Source: a bacterium
Lineage (GTDB): Bacteria > Bacteroidota > Bacteroidia > Bacteroidales > UBA3663
Length of the DNA: 64,000 nt
NCBI GenBank assembly: GCA_963631395.1
Contig: CAVGQN010000005.1
Location: 8,446 to 72,445, forward strand
Direction of reading: 5' to 3'
In this document: positions 1 to 8,666 of the stretch, in pieces
Layout: the number at the start of each line of letters is the position of its first letter
Position numbering within the stretch: position 1 is the stretch's first letter
Notes under the pieces: generated by a model
Seen by the model: the letters and a program-made list of their open reading frames with translations, nothing else
Databases searched by the model: none
What the model was told of the DNA's origin: nothing
Program-made: the position numbers and the translations under genes

Positions 1-395
1 ATCTCGTAACAGCTGAGCGAGATGTCATCGTTGTCTCCACTCAGATTGCGGGTCGAGTAGAGGGCCTCTACCTGTATGCCAAAACGCTCTGTGCCGAACG
101 GTCGACCGGCAGGACGGGCGAAGCGTAGGTTGAAGGCAACACCGGCATTGAAACCCATGCTGCCAGATAGGCCTAAGTCCATATCGTCTTTCGGCATGGC
201 ATAATTGCCGCCCACTTTGGGCCCGATGGAGAGGGTGTAAGGTTTCAGGACTTCCTTGATGTTGTCTAATACGATTTCATCATCTGAGGTCATAACAGTC
301 TCGTCCTCGTCCGGTACTAAACGCAGGTCCTGAGCTGATACGGATGCCGCTATTCCGATAGCGGCAAACAATGTGAATAATGCTCTTTTTGACAT
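1..395 (-). CDS. Outer-membrane beta-barrel (porin-family-like) protein, N-terminal part only; continues beyond the window
   Basis: It is absent from the ORF track because it is open-ended. The minus-strand ATG is at 395-393. The translation is MSKRALFTLFAAIGIAASVSAQ (signal peptide), then GPKVGGNYAM...GFNAGVAFNLRF...GIQVEALYSTR, with the alternating pattern typical of small Bacteroidetes OM barrels. It starts 18 nt after the stop of the WG-repeat gene on the same strand. Confidence 0.55.
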   Translation of the reverse strand, partial: MSKRALFTLFAAIGIAASVSAQDLRLVPDEDETVMTSDDEIVLDNIKEVLKPYTLSIGPKVGGNYAMPKDDMDLGLSGSMGFNAGVAFNLRFARPAGRPFGTERFGIQVEALYSTRNLSGDNDDISLSCYE

Positions 396-413
396 AGAAT
401 GTATTGTTTAAAT

Positions 414-1919
414 TTAAAAGTATGGTTGGAAAAGTATGCTTGATTGGACGCGTTCGCCCGTGTCAAGAGACAAGCTTATATCTTTTGTGTGGCTTGCAGT
501 TACTGTCGTTGTCCCCGTAATGGTCTTGCTGCCGTGCGCGGGAATCGTCACAGATACCTCCCGACCAGTTGACCATGTCGCCGTCACTGTCGCGGGCCGA
601 CTAGAGTCGTTGTATATTGTGGCACTGAAAGTTGCAATGTCGTTTTCGTCGGCTCTTATCGTTGAGGGCCCGGGTGCGGAAACACGGAGCCGGATGGGCT
701 GGCGGACCATGAATGTCTTCTCGAGTCTTGCCAAGGTGATTCCGTCGTTTTCGACTGCAATTTTTATAACACAGGACTCTGACCCCTTTCCGACAAACGG
801 TGTTATCGTGTAGGATTTTGTGGCCTCACGGCTGTTGCCCTGTGAGAGCATTGCCTCATATATGCCATCGCCCTTGTCGACAAGCACTCTCGGCGCATTG
901 AGACTGGAGGGAATGCTGCAGTCTATGGCTATGGAGGAAGGCTGGCCTTTCTGGTCCACTTCAATCTCATTGGGATTCTGCTCTGCGGTATACGATTTGA
1001 GCCCTATCTCTCCATCCGTGATGGCGAGCACGCCCTGTCTGCCATTACACTGGGTCAGTATGACCCCGTCATTGTATTGCGTGGCAAACGAATCGAACTG
1101 TGTCGGTACGATAACTGTTTCGCCTTCCTTCAAACCGAACTTCCCATCTTGGGCGAAAACGCTGTATCTTGAAGCTTCGCTAAACCAGGATTCCGAAACT
1201 TCCTTACTGGCATTGTTCCTCTTGTATAGTTGCTTGAATTCGGCTTCGTTCAACTTCTTGATTTTTTGTCCGTTGCTGTCAATTGCGGCGAAGTCTTTGT
1301 TGTAGGCGACAATAGCCGTCCCGCCATAAAAGCAGCTTGACATCGTCATCTCTCCGTAATGGAAATCGACGGGCAATGTGCCATAGGATCGGTCCCGGTC
1401 GTAAGCTTCGGAGATATACATGGTGTAGTTGCCCTGCCGCACGGAAGCCCACCCCTCACTGAATCGCATGGCGTAGTCGAACTGACACCTTACCACTATG
1501 CTGCCATTGGCAGAGATAAAGCCGTATTTGCCGCTACTGTTGATGACTGCAAGTTTGCCTTCCGACACAAACTGACTGCCGAGAGGTGACGGCAAGTAGT
1601 ATTGGGTAGTAATGGCGGTCACGTTTCCCGATTCGCTGATGATGTGTTTCAGCAAATACCTGTTGCCTTCTTTGATACCTGCCAGAGCATAGCCATGCCA
1701 GAATGGGGTAATGAAGTCACAACTGGCATCCATCAACACCTTGTCGCCGCTCTGCACCATGCCCCACTTGCCATTCTGCTGATAGACGTAGAGGTTGCGG
1801 TAATACCGCTGGATGTTGTCGTATTTAGGATGGATGGACCACATGGCAATTTTGGCATCGGCGTCGGCAAATGCCAAAACTGTCAATATGGGAATCAATA
1901 AGTCGCGACGTAAGTTCAT
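414..1919 (-). CDS. Secreted WG-repeat (KWG-type beta repeat) protein with a C-terminal beta-rich domain
   Basis: 501-aa ORF with a signal-like N-terminus (LLIPILTVLAFADA). It has repeated GKWG/GKYG/GKFG motifs (QQNGKWGMV, SSGKYGFI, QDGKFGLK). The C-terminal ~180 aa are T/S-rich and beta-like. Its start overlaps the stop of the upstream gene (ATGA at 1916-1919). Confidence 0.75.
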   Translation of the reverse strand: MNLRRDLLIPILTVLAFADADAKIAMWSIHPKYDNIQRYYRNLYVYQQNGKWGMVQSGDKVLMDASCDFITPFWHGYALAGIKEGNRYLLKHIISESGNVTAITTQYYLPSPLGSQFVSEGKLAVINSSGKYGFISANGSIVVRCQFDYAMRFSEGWASVRQGNYTMYISEAYDRDRSYGTLPVDFHYGEMTMSSCFYGGTAIVAYNKDFAAIDSNGQKIKKLNEAEFKQLYKRNNASKEVSESWFSEASRYSVFAQDGKFGLKEGETVIVPTQFDSFATQYNDGVILTQCNGRQGVLAITDGEIGLKSYTAEQNPNEIEVDQKGQPSSIAIDCSIPSSLNAPRVLVDKGDGIYEAMLSQGNSREATKSYTITPFVGKGSESCVIKIAVENDGITLARLEKTFMVRQPIRLRVSAPGPSTIRADENDIATFSATIYNDSSRPATVTATWSTGREVSVTIPAHGSKTITGTTTVTASHTKDISLSLDTGERVQSSILFQPYF

Positions 1920-3487
1920 TCTCTAACGCGATATCTGTTATACAATTCGACCAAATGCTTGATATTGCAGCAATAGGTTACTTCTGAACCCTCGATGCCA
2001 CTGCAAAGCACACCGACCAGGCGATGCGATTTGTCAACTACAGGCGACCCGCTTTGTCCGCCTATGCCTATGGCTTGAATCTGAATCTGATTGTCGTCGG
2101 GCATCTTGCTAAGGGAGGCTTTGTGTATGGTAGGATGCAGTTCCTTGCCGTCGAAAGTCTGATATCCGACATAGCCGCCCATCGGATAACCGGTGGTGAT
2201 CAGGTCTTCTTCCTGTGGTTTCAGTGTTGTTTCGTCTACCCGTGCCTTCTCTATATCATAGACGGCTCCCATCTCTACAAGATAATCAGGCGTCTTGCGG
2301 GTGTTTAACCGAATGAGAGCGACGTCCTTTTGCGCGTCGCCTGATTCGGCTATCACCTGCGCTTGCTGAAGGTCAATTTGACTGTTGACTTTAGAACCTG
2401 TCAGACCGACTCCGAATAGGATGTGTCTGCCGCCTATCTCCACTGGAGAAATCTGATAACGGTGCAACCAGGCATTCGCTTCGGTTGCAGACAGTCGGCC
2501 TTCGTTTACAATCTCCTGTAGAATCTGAACCAGGTCGCCACTGGTGGACTGACGTGCTTTTTCCATCAGTTGCCGTATCTCTTCTTCCATCTTGGCGCTG
2601 CGATATTCCCAAGGTACAGCGATATGCCGGTTTGTGCCCATTTCGCCGTTTTTCGAGATGAAGAATGCGGTGCCATAATAACCGATGGGAGAGAGCCCTG
2701 TTGTGTTGGTTTGTGCCTTCAAATCGCCATCGGCGTCATAGCCTATGTACCATTTGTCCGGCCAAATATCTTTCAAGACTGTTTTGAATGGGTCGTCCGT
2801 CACGTTTATCTCAAAGTAATAACTGCCATAGACACAAGCGGAGGCATTTTCCATGGCCTGCACCGTCGCGGGAGAAACCGTACTGCTCCATGGGATTAAC
2901 TTCCAGGCACCCCACGCACAAGCCAAGACAAGCACAATTGCTGCGACGATGCCCACTATCTTGGGCAAGTTGTTGCTGGGTATAAACTGCGACAGATTGA
3001 CGGGCACTCCGCCGCACACAATGGCATCGCTCCGCTTGATCTGTTTGGTTTGTCCGTTGTTCAGACATACCCCATTGACTGTCGACCCGTTTTTGCTGTG
3101 GTCTTCCAACCAGGCTTTGCCATTGCGGTCTATCTTGAGCGTCGCATGGTAGCGGCTGACGGTATTGCCGGTTATCTGTATCTCATTGCGCATGCTGGTG
3201 CCGATGCCATAGACAGCCTTGTATTTCGACAAGTCTTCGGGCTGGGGAATTTGGCTCCATAACAGTTCGACGTCACCGAACCGAATGGCGTCGCCGCGCT
3301 TGATGGATACTTGCGTGCCGGGTTTGATGGGACGGTTCATTACGAATGTCCCGTTGTGGCTATTCTTGTCTTCCAGGAGGATGTCTCCGTTGTTGAGTAT
3401 GGTAATCTCGGCATGTAGGGCACTTGCCATATTGCTGTGAAGTACGATGTCACAGTTAGAGTCCCTGCCGACTTTTAGTAGTCTCAT
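1916..3487 (-). CDS. FHA-FHA-TM-trypsin-like serine protease (membrane-tethered)
   Basis: 523 aa. It has two FHA-like modules (LLKVGRDSNCDIVL...NSHNGTFVMN; TGNTVSRYHATLKIDRNGKAWLEDHSKNGSTVNG) and one hydrophobic helix (IVGIVAAIVLVLACAWGAWKLI). A chymotrypsin-fold domain follows, with His (GTNRHIA), Asp (KDVALIRL) and Ser (GGQSGSPVV) motifs. Confidence 0.85.
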   Translation of the reverse strand: MRLLKVGRDSNCDIVLHSNMASALHAEITILNNGDILLEDKNSHNGTFVMNRPIKPGTQVSIKRGDAIRFGDVELLWSQIPQPEDLSKYKAVYGIGTSMRNEIQITGNTVSRYHATLKIDRNGKAWLEDHSKNGSTVNGVCLNNGQTKQIKRSDAIVCGGVPVNLSQFIPSNNLPKIVGIVAAIVLVLACAWGAWKLIPWSSTVSPATVQAMENASACVYGSYYFEINVTDDPFKTVLKDIWPDKWYIGYDADGDLKAQTNTTGLSPIGYYGTAFFISKNGEMGTNRHIAVPWEYRSAKMEEEIRQLMEKARQSTSGDLVQILQEIVNEGRLSATEANAWLHRYQISPVEIGGRHILFGVGLTGSKVNSQIDLQQAQVIAESGDAQKDVALIRLNTRKTPDYLVEMGAVYDIEKARVDETTLKPQEEDLITTGYPMGGYVGYQTFDGKELHPTIHKASLSKMPDDNQIQIQAIGIGGQSGSPVVDKSHRLVGVLCSGIEGSEVTYCCNIKHLVELYNRYRVRE

Positions 3488-3506
3488 AGTTTTTGTCAGA
3501 TTAAAG

Positions 3507-4142
3507 TTAACCGATAGCTCTTAGTGTGGATTTAGAAGAATCCTCCATGACTGAGTCTTCCTTGGCATTGCCCTCGTCGGCGTTGTCTTTCTTTTGCAAC
3601 TTTTTAGTCGGAGTGGCCTTCTTCGTTGCCTTAATTGAATCTTGACGGGCCTTTTCTATCGAATCTTGAGCAACTTTAATTGAATCTTGGCGCTCAACGG
3701 TCTTGATGGAGTCAAGTTTCGCTGCCTCTTTTTGTTTGATGTCTGTTGAATCCGTCTTCTCGATGGCTAACGGACTTGCGTCGCCATTGTCACCCGAATC
3801 GTTCTGTAGGGACTTTGCGCCCCAGACAAGGCCCAATATGACTACAACAGCAGCGGCAGCACCGAGGGTGTACTTTATCCACTGGTTGGATTTTGGTACT
3901 TGGTCCCAATCCAATTTGGCCACATGCGCCAACGACACAATGTCCTTGCGCGTGACGGGGACGGGGACGTTTTGGGTAATCCGGATGCCATTGACATAGG
4001 TGCCGTTGCTACTCTGGTCGACGATGGTCATCTTGCCGGAGGAGGTGATGTTCAAGAGCGCGTGACGGCGGCTGATGACATCGGTAGAGTCGTTAATGAC
4101 TATGTCGCAGTTAAGGTCGCGACCGATGGAATATGTTTTCAT
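3507..4142 (-). CDS. FHA domain protein with a single TM helix and a low-complexity tail
   Basis: 211 aa. N-terminal FHA (YSIGRDLNCDIVI...SRRHALL...DQSSNGTYVNG), then a TM helix (LGAAAAVVVILGLVWGA). The K/D/S-rich tail carries 4 copies of QDSI(K/E)-like units. Confidence 0.8.
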   Translation of the reverse strand: MKTYSIGRDLNCDIVINDSTDVISRRHALLNITSSGKMTIVDQSSNGTYVNGIRITQNVPVPVTRKDIVSLAHVAKLDWDQVPKSNQWIKYTLGAAAAVVVILGLVWGAKSLQNDSGDNGDASPLAIEKTDSTDIKQKEAAKLDSIKTVERQDSIKVAQDSIEKARQDSIKATKKATPTKKLQKKDNADEGNAKEDSVMEDSSKSTLRAIG

Positions 4143-4164
4143 CCTTTTTATTATGTGTTTTACA

Positions 4165-5184
4165 TCAATTGTTATTGCTTGTTTGAGGGTTTGCTGTCGT
4201 GGCCGAATCTGCGCTCACGCTATCGCCCTTCAGCTTGAGCGAATCTACTACCGCGCACTCGGTTTTTTCGGCTTGCGGTACATTCCCTTTTTGCGTAAAG
4301 CACAAGGCCACACTGACGGCCAGGCCCACGATGCAGACGGCGATAAGTCCTATCAGTGAAAATTTGAGTTTTGGGCTCATCTTGGGTCTAAGTTCCGATT
4401 TTGTATTGGTTTCTACGATGGCAATGGTCATATTGTCATGACCGCCGCCAGCGTTGCGTCCCTTGCCGTCGATGACCGTCGCTATCTCGTCAGTGACTGT
4501 GCCGAGTGCGTGTTTCTTGTCCGATGCCATCCCAATCAGTTCGGCTTCGGATACGGACCCGTGTATGCCGTCGGTCGTCAGAACAAAGCGGTCTCCCCGG
4601 TCGTAGGGCAGTTCGATGATGTCGACGTCCATGTCCGGCTTGATGCCCAAAGCGCGGGTGATGACATTCGACTGGGCCGAAAGTCTTGCCTGCTCTTCTG
4701 TGATGACTTTTTGCTTGACCAAATCAAATACCATCGAGTGGTCGAAGGTGCGGAACACCTTGCTTTTGCCCCTCAACTGATAGACCCGGCTGTCACCGAC
4801 ATGTGCGACGATGGCAGACGCCTTGCTGATGAGCAGTACGGTACACGTCGACCCCATGCCCTTCAGGGCCGGTGTGTTGTTGCCGGCTTCGTGGATGGCC
4901 AGATTGGCGCGTCTGATAGCCTTTAACACAATATTCGTGGCCGTATCATCGGGATTGCCTTCCGTTATGCCGGTGATAATCTCACGGACGGCGATGGACG
5001 ATGCTGTCTTTCCTCCGGGACCGCCTCCCATGCCGTCGCATACGGTGACCACAAACCCGTAAGGCGTGTCACAACTGCCATAGGAGTCTTGATTTTCAGC
5101 ACGGCCACCTATCCGCGATTCAGCAAATCCGGTTACGAAGGTTGGCGTTTTTAGTTGTTGGATCAAATCCATAGTTGTTTTCAA
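4165..5184 (-). CDS. PP2C-family Ser/Thr phosphatase with a C-terminal TM anchor
   Basis: 339 aa with PP2C motifs (GRAENQDSY, VCDGMGGGPGG, LTTDGIHG, GGHDNMT) and a C-terminal hydrophobic helix (LIGLIAVCIVGLAVSVALCF). Its start codon directly abuts the stop of the upstream kinase gene. Confidence 0.9.
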   Translation of the reverse strand: MKTTMDLIQQLKTPTFVTGFAESRIGGRAENQDSYGSCDTPYGFVVTVCDGMGGGPGGKTASSIAVREIITGITEGNPDDTATNIVLKAIRRANLAIHEAGNNTPALKGMGSTCTVLLISKASAIVAHVGDSRVYQLRGKSKVFRTFDHSMVFDLVKQKVITEEQARLSAQSNVITRALGIKPDMDVDIIELPYDRGDRFVLTTDGIHGSVSEAELIGMASDKKHALGTVTDEIATVIDGKGRNAGGGHDNMTIAIVETNTKSELRPKMSPKLKFSLIGLIAVCIVGLAVSVALCFTQKGNVPQAEKTECAVVDSLKLKGDSVSADSATTANPQTSNNN

Positions 5185-6108
5185 TTAGTTTAGACCGAGC
5201 CATTTCTTCAATCGCTGCATTATCGTGGGCGGTGGCAACAAGGCTTCCGTCAAGGCTTCTCTGAACTCTCCGGCCGTCTGAAGCCTTTTGGACTGTTCTT
5301 TTTCCGTTGCCTTTGTAATGACGTTCATAATCCGTCCGGGTATTGCTTCGTGTGGGGGCAATGGGTCCCTTAACTGTCGGGTCAGCGTGTCGACCTCGGT
5401 ATCTGCATCAAACGGATTGGTGCCTGTCAGTATTTCGTAGAAGGTGATGCCCAGGGCATACAGGTCTGTGGCTGCATTGATCTGTACCGAACGGGATTTG
5501 TCTCTCAATATCTGCTCGGGCGCTGCATACTGAGGCGTTCCGATGAAGCCATATTGCGAGAATTTGTTGCCGTCGTTCATCCTGGCTATGCCCAGGTCCA
5601 TCAGCCGGATGTTCGAATCGCTTTCGACCATGATGTTGGAGGGCTTGATGTCGCGATGGATTACTCCTCTTGAGTGTATGTACTCCAAAGCATCCAGGAC
5701 CTGAAAGATGGCATGACAAATCTTTTGTACCCTGTCACTGCCCGTGAGAACGTCTTTGGCATACTCGTCGATGTTTTTGCCCGAGACGTATTTGCTGACC
5801 AGGAATATCGGACCGCTGTCGGGCGCATATTCACAGTAACCAATCATCTCGACAAGATTGTCGTGCCGGAAGGCCAAGGAGGCTTCCTGCCGGGCCCTTT
5901 CGCGAATCATCGGATTGTTGGAATAACTGTCCTTGACCCGTTTGATGGCCATGCGGGTCCCATCTTTGACGCGATAACCTAGATAGACAGTGCCCATAGC
6001 TCCACTTCCCAAGGGCATAGACGCAGGGTCATAGCAATACCATTGCCCCATGACGAAGAGGTAGATGTACGGGTCGTCCGGCCTCTGATATACGGTCTTG
6101 CTGCTCAT
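5185..6108 (-). CDS. Hanks-type Ser/Thr protein kinase, soluble
   Basis: 307 aa. G-loop GSGAMGTVY, AIKRV lysine, catalytic loop HRDIKPSN, DLG in place of DFG, and GTPQYAAPE. No TM helix. Confidence 0.9.
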   Translation of the reverse strand: MSSKTVYQRPDDPYIYLFVMGQWYCYDPASMPLGSGAMGTVYLGYRVKDGTRMAIKRVKDSYSNNPMIRERARQEASLAFRHDNLVEMIGYCEYAPDSGPIFLVSKYVSGKNIDEYAKDVLTGSDRVQKICHAIFQVLDALEYIHSRGVIHRDIKPSNIMVESDSNIRLMDLGIARMNDGNKFSQYGFIGTPQYAAPEQILRDKSRSVQINAATDLYALGITFYEILTGTNPFDADTEVDTLTRQLRDPLPPHEAIPGRIMNVITKATEKEQSKRLQTAGEFREALTEALLPPPTIMQRLKKWLGLN

Positions 6109-7757
6109 GGTCGGGTCGGCTTTAGGTTGGTCATTCGGCCTTTGATGGCTTGCGTATATTCTTTATCGCCGGCTTTGATGGCCAATTGCAGCGCTTTGTT
6201 CAGATACAGGTAAGCGGAGTCCGTATTGAATGTAGCACCGCGCCTCTTCGACTTGTAGTCGCACCCGAGTTCGAACAGAGATTTGTAGTCTTCGGAGTTG
6301 AGAGCTACGGCATTCTTCAACAGTCTGTGTGCTTCCTTGTTTTGGGCGCTTATACCGAGGTTGCTCCGGAAGAGAGCGATGGAATCGGCGAAAGTTCCGA
6401 TTTTGATGCTCTCCGGACTGTCAAAGTACAGACGGCTTAACAAGAAGACGGAACGGTAGTCGTTGGCATCAGACAGTTGCTTGAGCATGACGAGACCCTC
6501 ATCGGCAGTACTCCTATCGAGCAACAAGGCCAGGGCTTGGCGATACGATGGCTGTGGGGTCTCTGCCTCTTGGCTGCCAATAGTAGCCATCACTGCTTCG
6601 GCAGTCATCTGGTCAGAGGGAGCGTCGCTTTCTACTTGGTATAGACTTTCTTGGCCTAGGTTCTCTGCATACGCCGTAGGTTCGCTACTGGCTGCGTTTG
6701 GCGCAGCTGCATTGCTGCTTGACTGGTTTATTGCAAAGAGGGCAATTCCGACAACCGCTGCTGCGCTTCCGATAGCGATGCCGATGGCCTTCGAATTGAT
6801 TGCATTGGCTGGATATTGCAAGGGAACGAGCCGCTCTACTGCCACCCGAAACTCCGCTGCGCTCTGATACCGCTTGGAACGTTTCTTTTGTGTAGCGGTT
6901 TTGATGACCTCCCTAATCTGCTTTTGTTTCACATTGCCTAATGGCATTTTCTTCGTGAGTTGCATCTCAAGCACCTCTGCCATTTCACCGTCAAAAGGAA
7001 CCTTGCCGACCAGCAGTTGGTATAATAGAACGCCGACGGCATAGAGGTCAGTGGTTGCATTTTGCGAGTCCGGCAGACCCCTTACCAATTCCGGGGCTGC
7101 GTATTTGGGCTTCCCCATGAATTGCCCATCCACCGTGTACGATGTTTCCTTGGTGTTGTTACCATTGAGTTTCTTCGCGATGCCGAAGTCTATCAACTTG
7201 ATTCTCCCGTCGGAGGTAACCATAATGTTGGAGGGGTCGATATCCCGATGGATATACCCGGCATCATGAAGGGCCATCAACCCGGAGAGGAGATTGCGTA
7301 TTATGGTGAGGGCAAAATGGTAGGGGTCGGTTTGTCGCTTCCCATATAACTCTTGTGCAAAAGGAATAATATTCCCTTTGTGGTCATAGGTCTTGCCTTC
7401 CAGTAACTTGTCCAGGGTGACTCCATGCAGGTACTCACTAACGACATGATAGCGTATCACGGGTTGACCAAGCGCGTCCGTCCCTTTTATTTCCAGGAAG
7501 CCAAGCATCTCGATGAGATTGTCATTGCGGAGTTGGACGGCCGCTTCGCGTCGGGCACGCGCAATCACACGAGCAGGCAAATCGCTATAAAGGAACTTTA
7601 TTGCGACTTCTCTGCGCTGATTGTTATACTCATTACATTGCCAGCCTTTGTAGACCTTACCCATACCGCCTTCGCCTAATGGCGTGTCGGTCGGGTCGTA
7701 TTCGTAATAGATGCCCAATCTGCGCTCTTGATCCCCTTGTAATCTTACGGTAGCCAT
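6105..7757 (-). CDS. Hanks-type Ser/Thr protein kinase with a TM helix and an extracytoplasmic Sel1/TPR-like domain
   Basis: 550 aa. G-loop GEGGMGKVYKG, VAIKF, catalytic loop HRDIDPSN, DFGIA, GKPKYAAPE. TM helix IGIAIGSAAAVVGIALFAI. The C-terminal ~170 aa have Sel1/TPR-like helical repeats (FLLSRLYFD..., LFELGCDY..., YLYLNKALQLA). A 4-nt ATGA overlap links it to the downstream kinase gene. Confidence 0.9.
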   Translation of the reverse strand: MATVRLQGDQERRLGIYYEYDPTDTPLGEGGMGKVYKGWQCNEYNNQRREVAIKFLYSDLPARVIARARREAAVQLRNDNLIEMLGFLEIKGTDALGQPVIRYHVVSEYLHGVTLDKLLEGKTYDHKGNIIPFAQELYGKRQTDPYHFALTIIRNLLSGLMALHDAGYIHRDIDPSNIMVTSDGRIKLIDFGIAKKLNGNNTKETSYTVDGQFMGKPKYAAPELVRGLPDSQNATTDLYAVGVLLYQLLVGKVPFDGEMAEVLEMQLTKKMPLGNVKQKQIREVIKTATQKKRSKRYQSAAEFRVAVERLVPLQYPANAINSKAIGIAIGSAAAVVGIALFAINQSSSNAAAPNAASSEPTAYAENLGQESLYQVESDAPSDQMTAEAVMATIGSQEAETPQPSYRQALALLLDRSTADEGLVMLKQLSDANDYRSVFLLSRLYFDSPESIKIGTFADSIALFRSNLGISAQNKEAHRLLKNAVALNSEDYKSLFELGCDYKSKRRGATFNTDSAYLYLNKALQLAIKAGDKEYTQAIKGRMTNLKPTRP

Positions 7758-7821
7758 GAAGTTTGGGTTAGTTTATATGCCTGTCATTTAAGTCTATAGA
7801 ATATGCCTGCAGTTTCTTGCC

Positions 7822-8601
7822 TTATAGGCCTACAGTGCCACCGCCTCCGTAATTGTTGGATGAATCCGTGTCTACGGTAGAACTTGACGGACGGTTGCCT
7901 CCATTATATGATGAGTCGGGCCCGTTGAATCGAGGCGGGAAGTCTTGCTCGTTGTGTGTGGTATAGCCCTGGCCGGTCGTTTGGTTATTGGTATTGACTT
8001 TCTCTTCATGCTCGTTCCTTACGTCATAGAAACTTTCAGATACATGCAGGCCGAGAGCCTTTGTGTCGATAAGCAAAAGCAGCAAATCGTAGTTCTCGCC
8101 GATGGTGATTACGTCTCCGTTCACGCATTCGATAGGCCGGGCCATAGAAACGCTGTTCTCATTGACAAGAGTTCCATTGGTGGAGCCCAAATCAGAGATG
8201 GTGGCTTCTGTCTTCTCCGGCTTCTTCATCTTGTTGATGTGCAGGTTGGCATGCCGATGAGAAACGGTGCCTTCGCCAAGGATGATGTCGCAATCAGGCG
8301 AATTGCCGATAATGTTCTGACCGATGTGCAATGGCCAGTATTCACCGGCTGCAGTACGCGAAATCGAGTACAGGAATCCGACAATGGGTTTCCCGTTGCC
8401 TTGCGATGGCTGTGGGGATTGGGAGCATCTCTGAGCGGATGCACCTTCTGCTTGAGATGCCATCCCGGGGAAGACAGTCCCGTTGGCTTGTCTTTGATTG
8501 GACGAACGAGTGTATTCTGGGCTTCCTCCAGAAAACGACTGATTGGGATTGAAATCATCTTCTTGACCTAATCCCGGGAAAACGGTTTTGTTTTGTGACA
8601 T
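7822..8601 (-). CDS. FHA domain protein, soluble, with disordered termini; first gene of the operon
   Basis: 259 aa with a central FHA (WPLHIGQNIIGNSPDCDIIL...SHRHANL...DLGSTNGTLVN). Both termini are low-complexity and G/S/N/Q-rich. Confidence 0.8.
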   Translation of the reverse strand: MSQNKTVFPGLGQEDDFNPNQSFSGGSPEYTRSSNQRQANGTVFPGMASQAEGASAQRCSQSPQPSQGNGKPIVGFLYSISRTAAGEYWPLHIGQNIIGNSPDCDIILGEGTVSHRHANLHINKMKKPEKTEATISDLGSTNGTLVNENSVSMARPIECVNGDVITIGENYDLLLLLIDTKALGLHVSESFYDVRNEHEEKVNTNNQTTGQGYTTHNEQDFPPRFNGPDSSYNGGNRPSSSTVDTDSSNNYGGGGTVGL

Positions 8602-8649
8602 AATGTGTAGTTTTTGTGGCGTTGAGGTCTAGGTTGGGTATCGTTAGGT

Positions 8650-8666
8650 ATCTCTTGTTTAGAGAT
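8650..8666. repeat. Left inverted-repeat / recombinase core-like site (ATCTC-TTGTTTA-GAGAT)
   Basis: Read directly from the sequence. It has 5-bp inverted arms around a 7-bp asymmetric spacer. It matches site R at 8930-8946 as an inverted repeat in 16 of 17 positions. Confidence 0.5.

Noticed and set aside
414-8601. The FHA/kinase/PP2C genes as the T6SS threonine-phosphorylation pathway (PpkA/PppA/Fha-like)
   Set aside because: No T6SS structural genes (TssB/C, Hcp, VgrG, ClpV-like) occur anywhere in the 64 kb. The association is unsupported here, although it cannot be excluded for distant loci.
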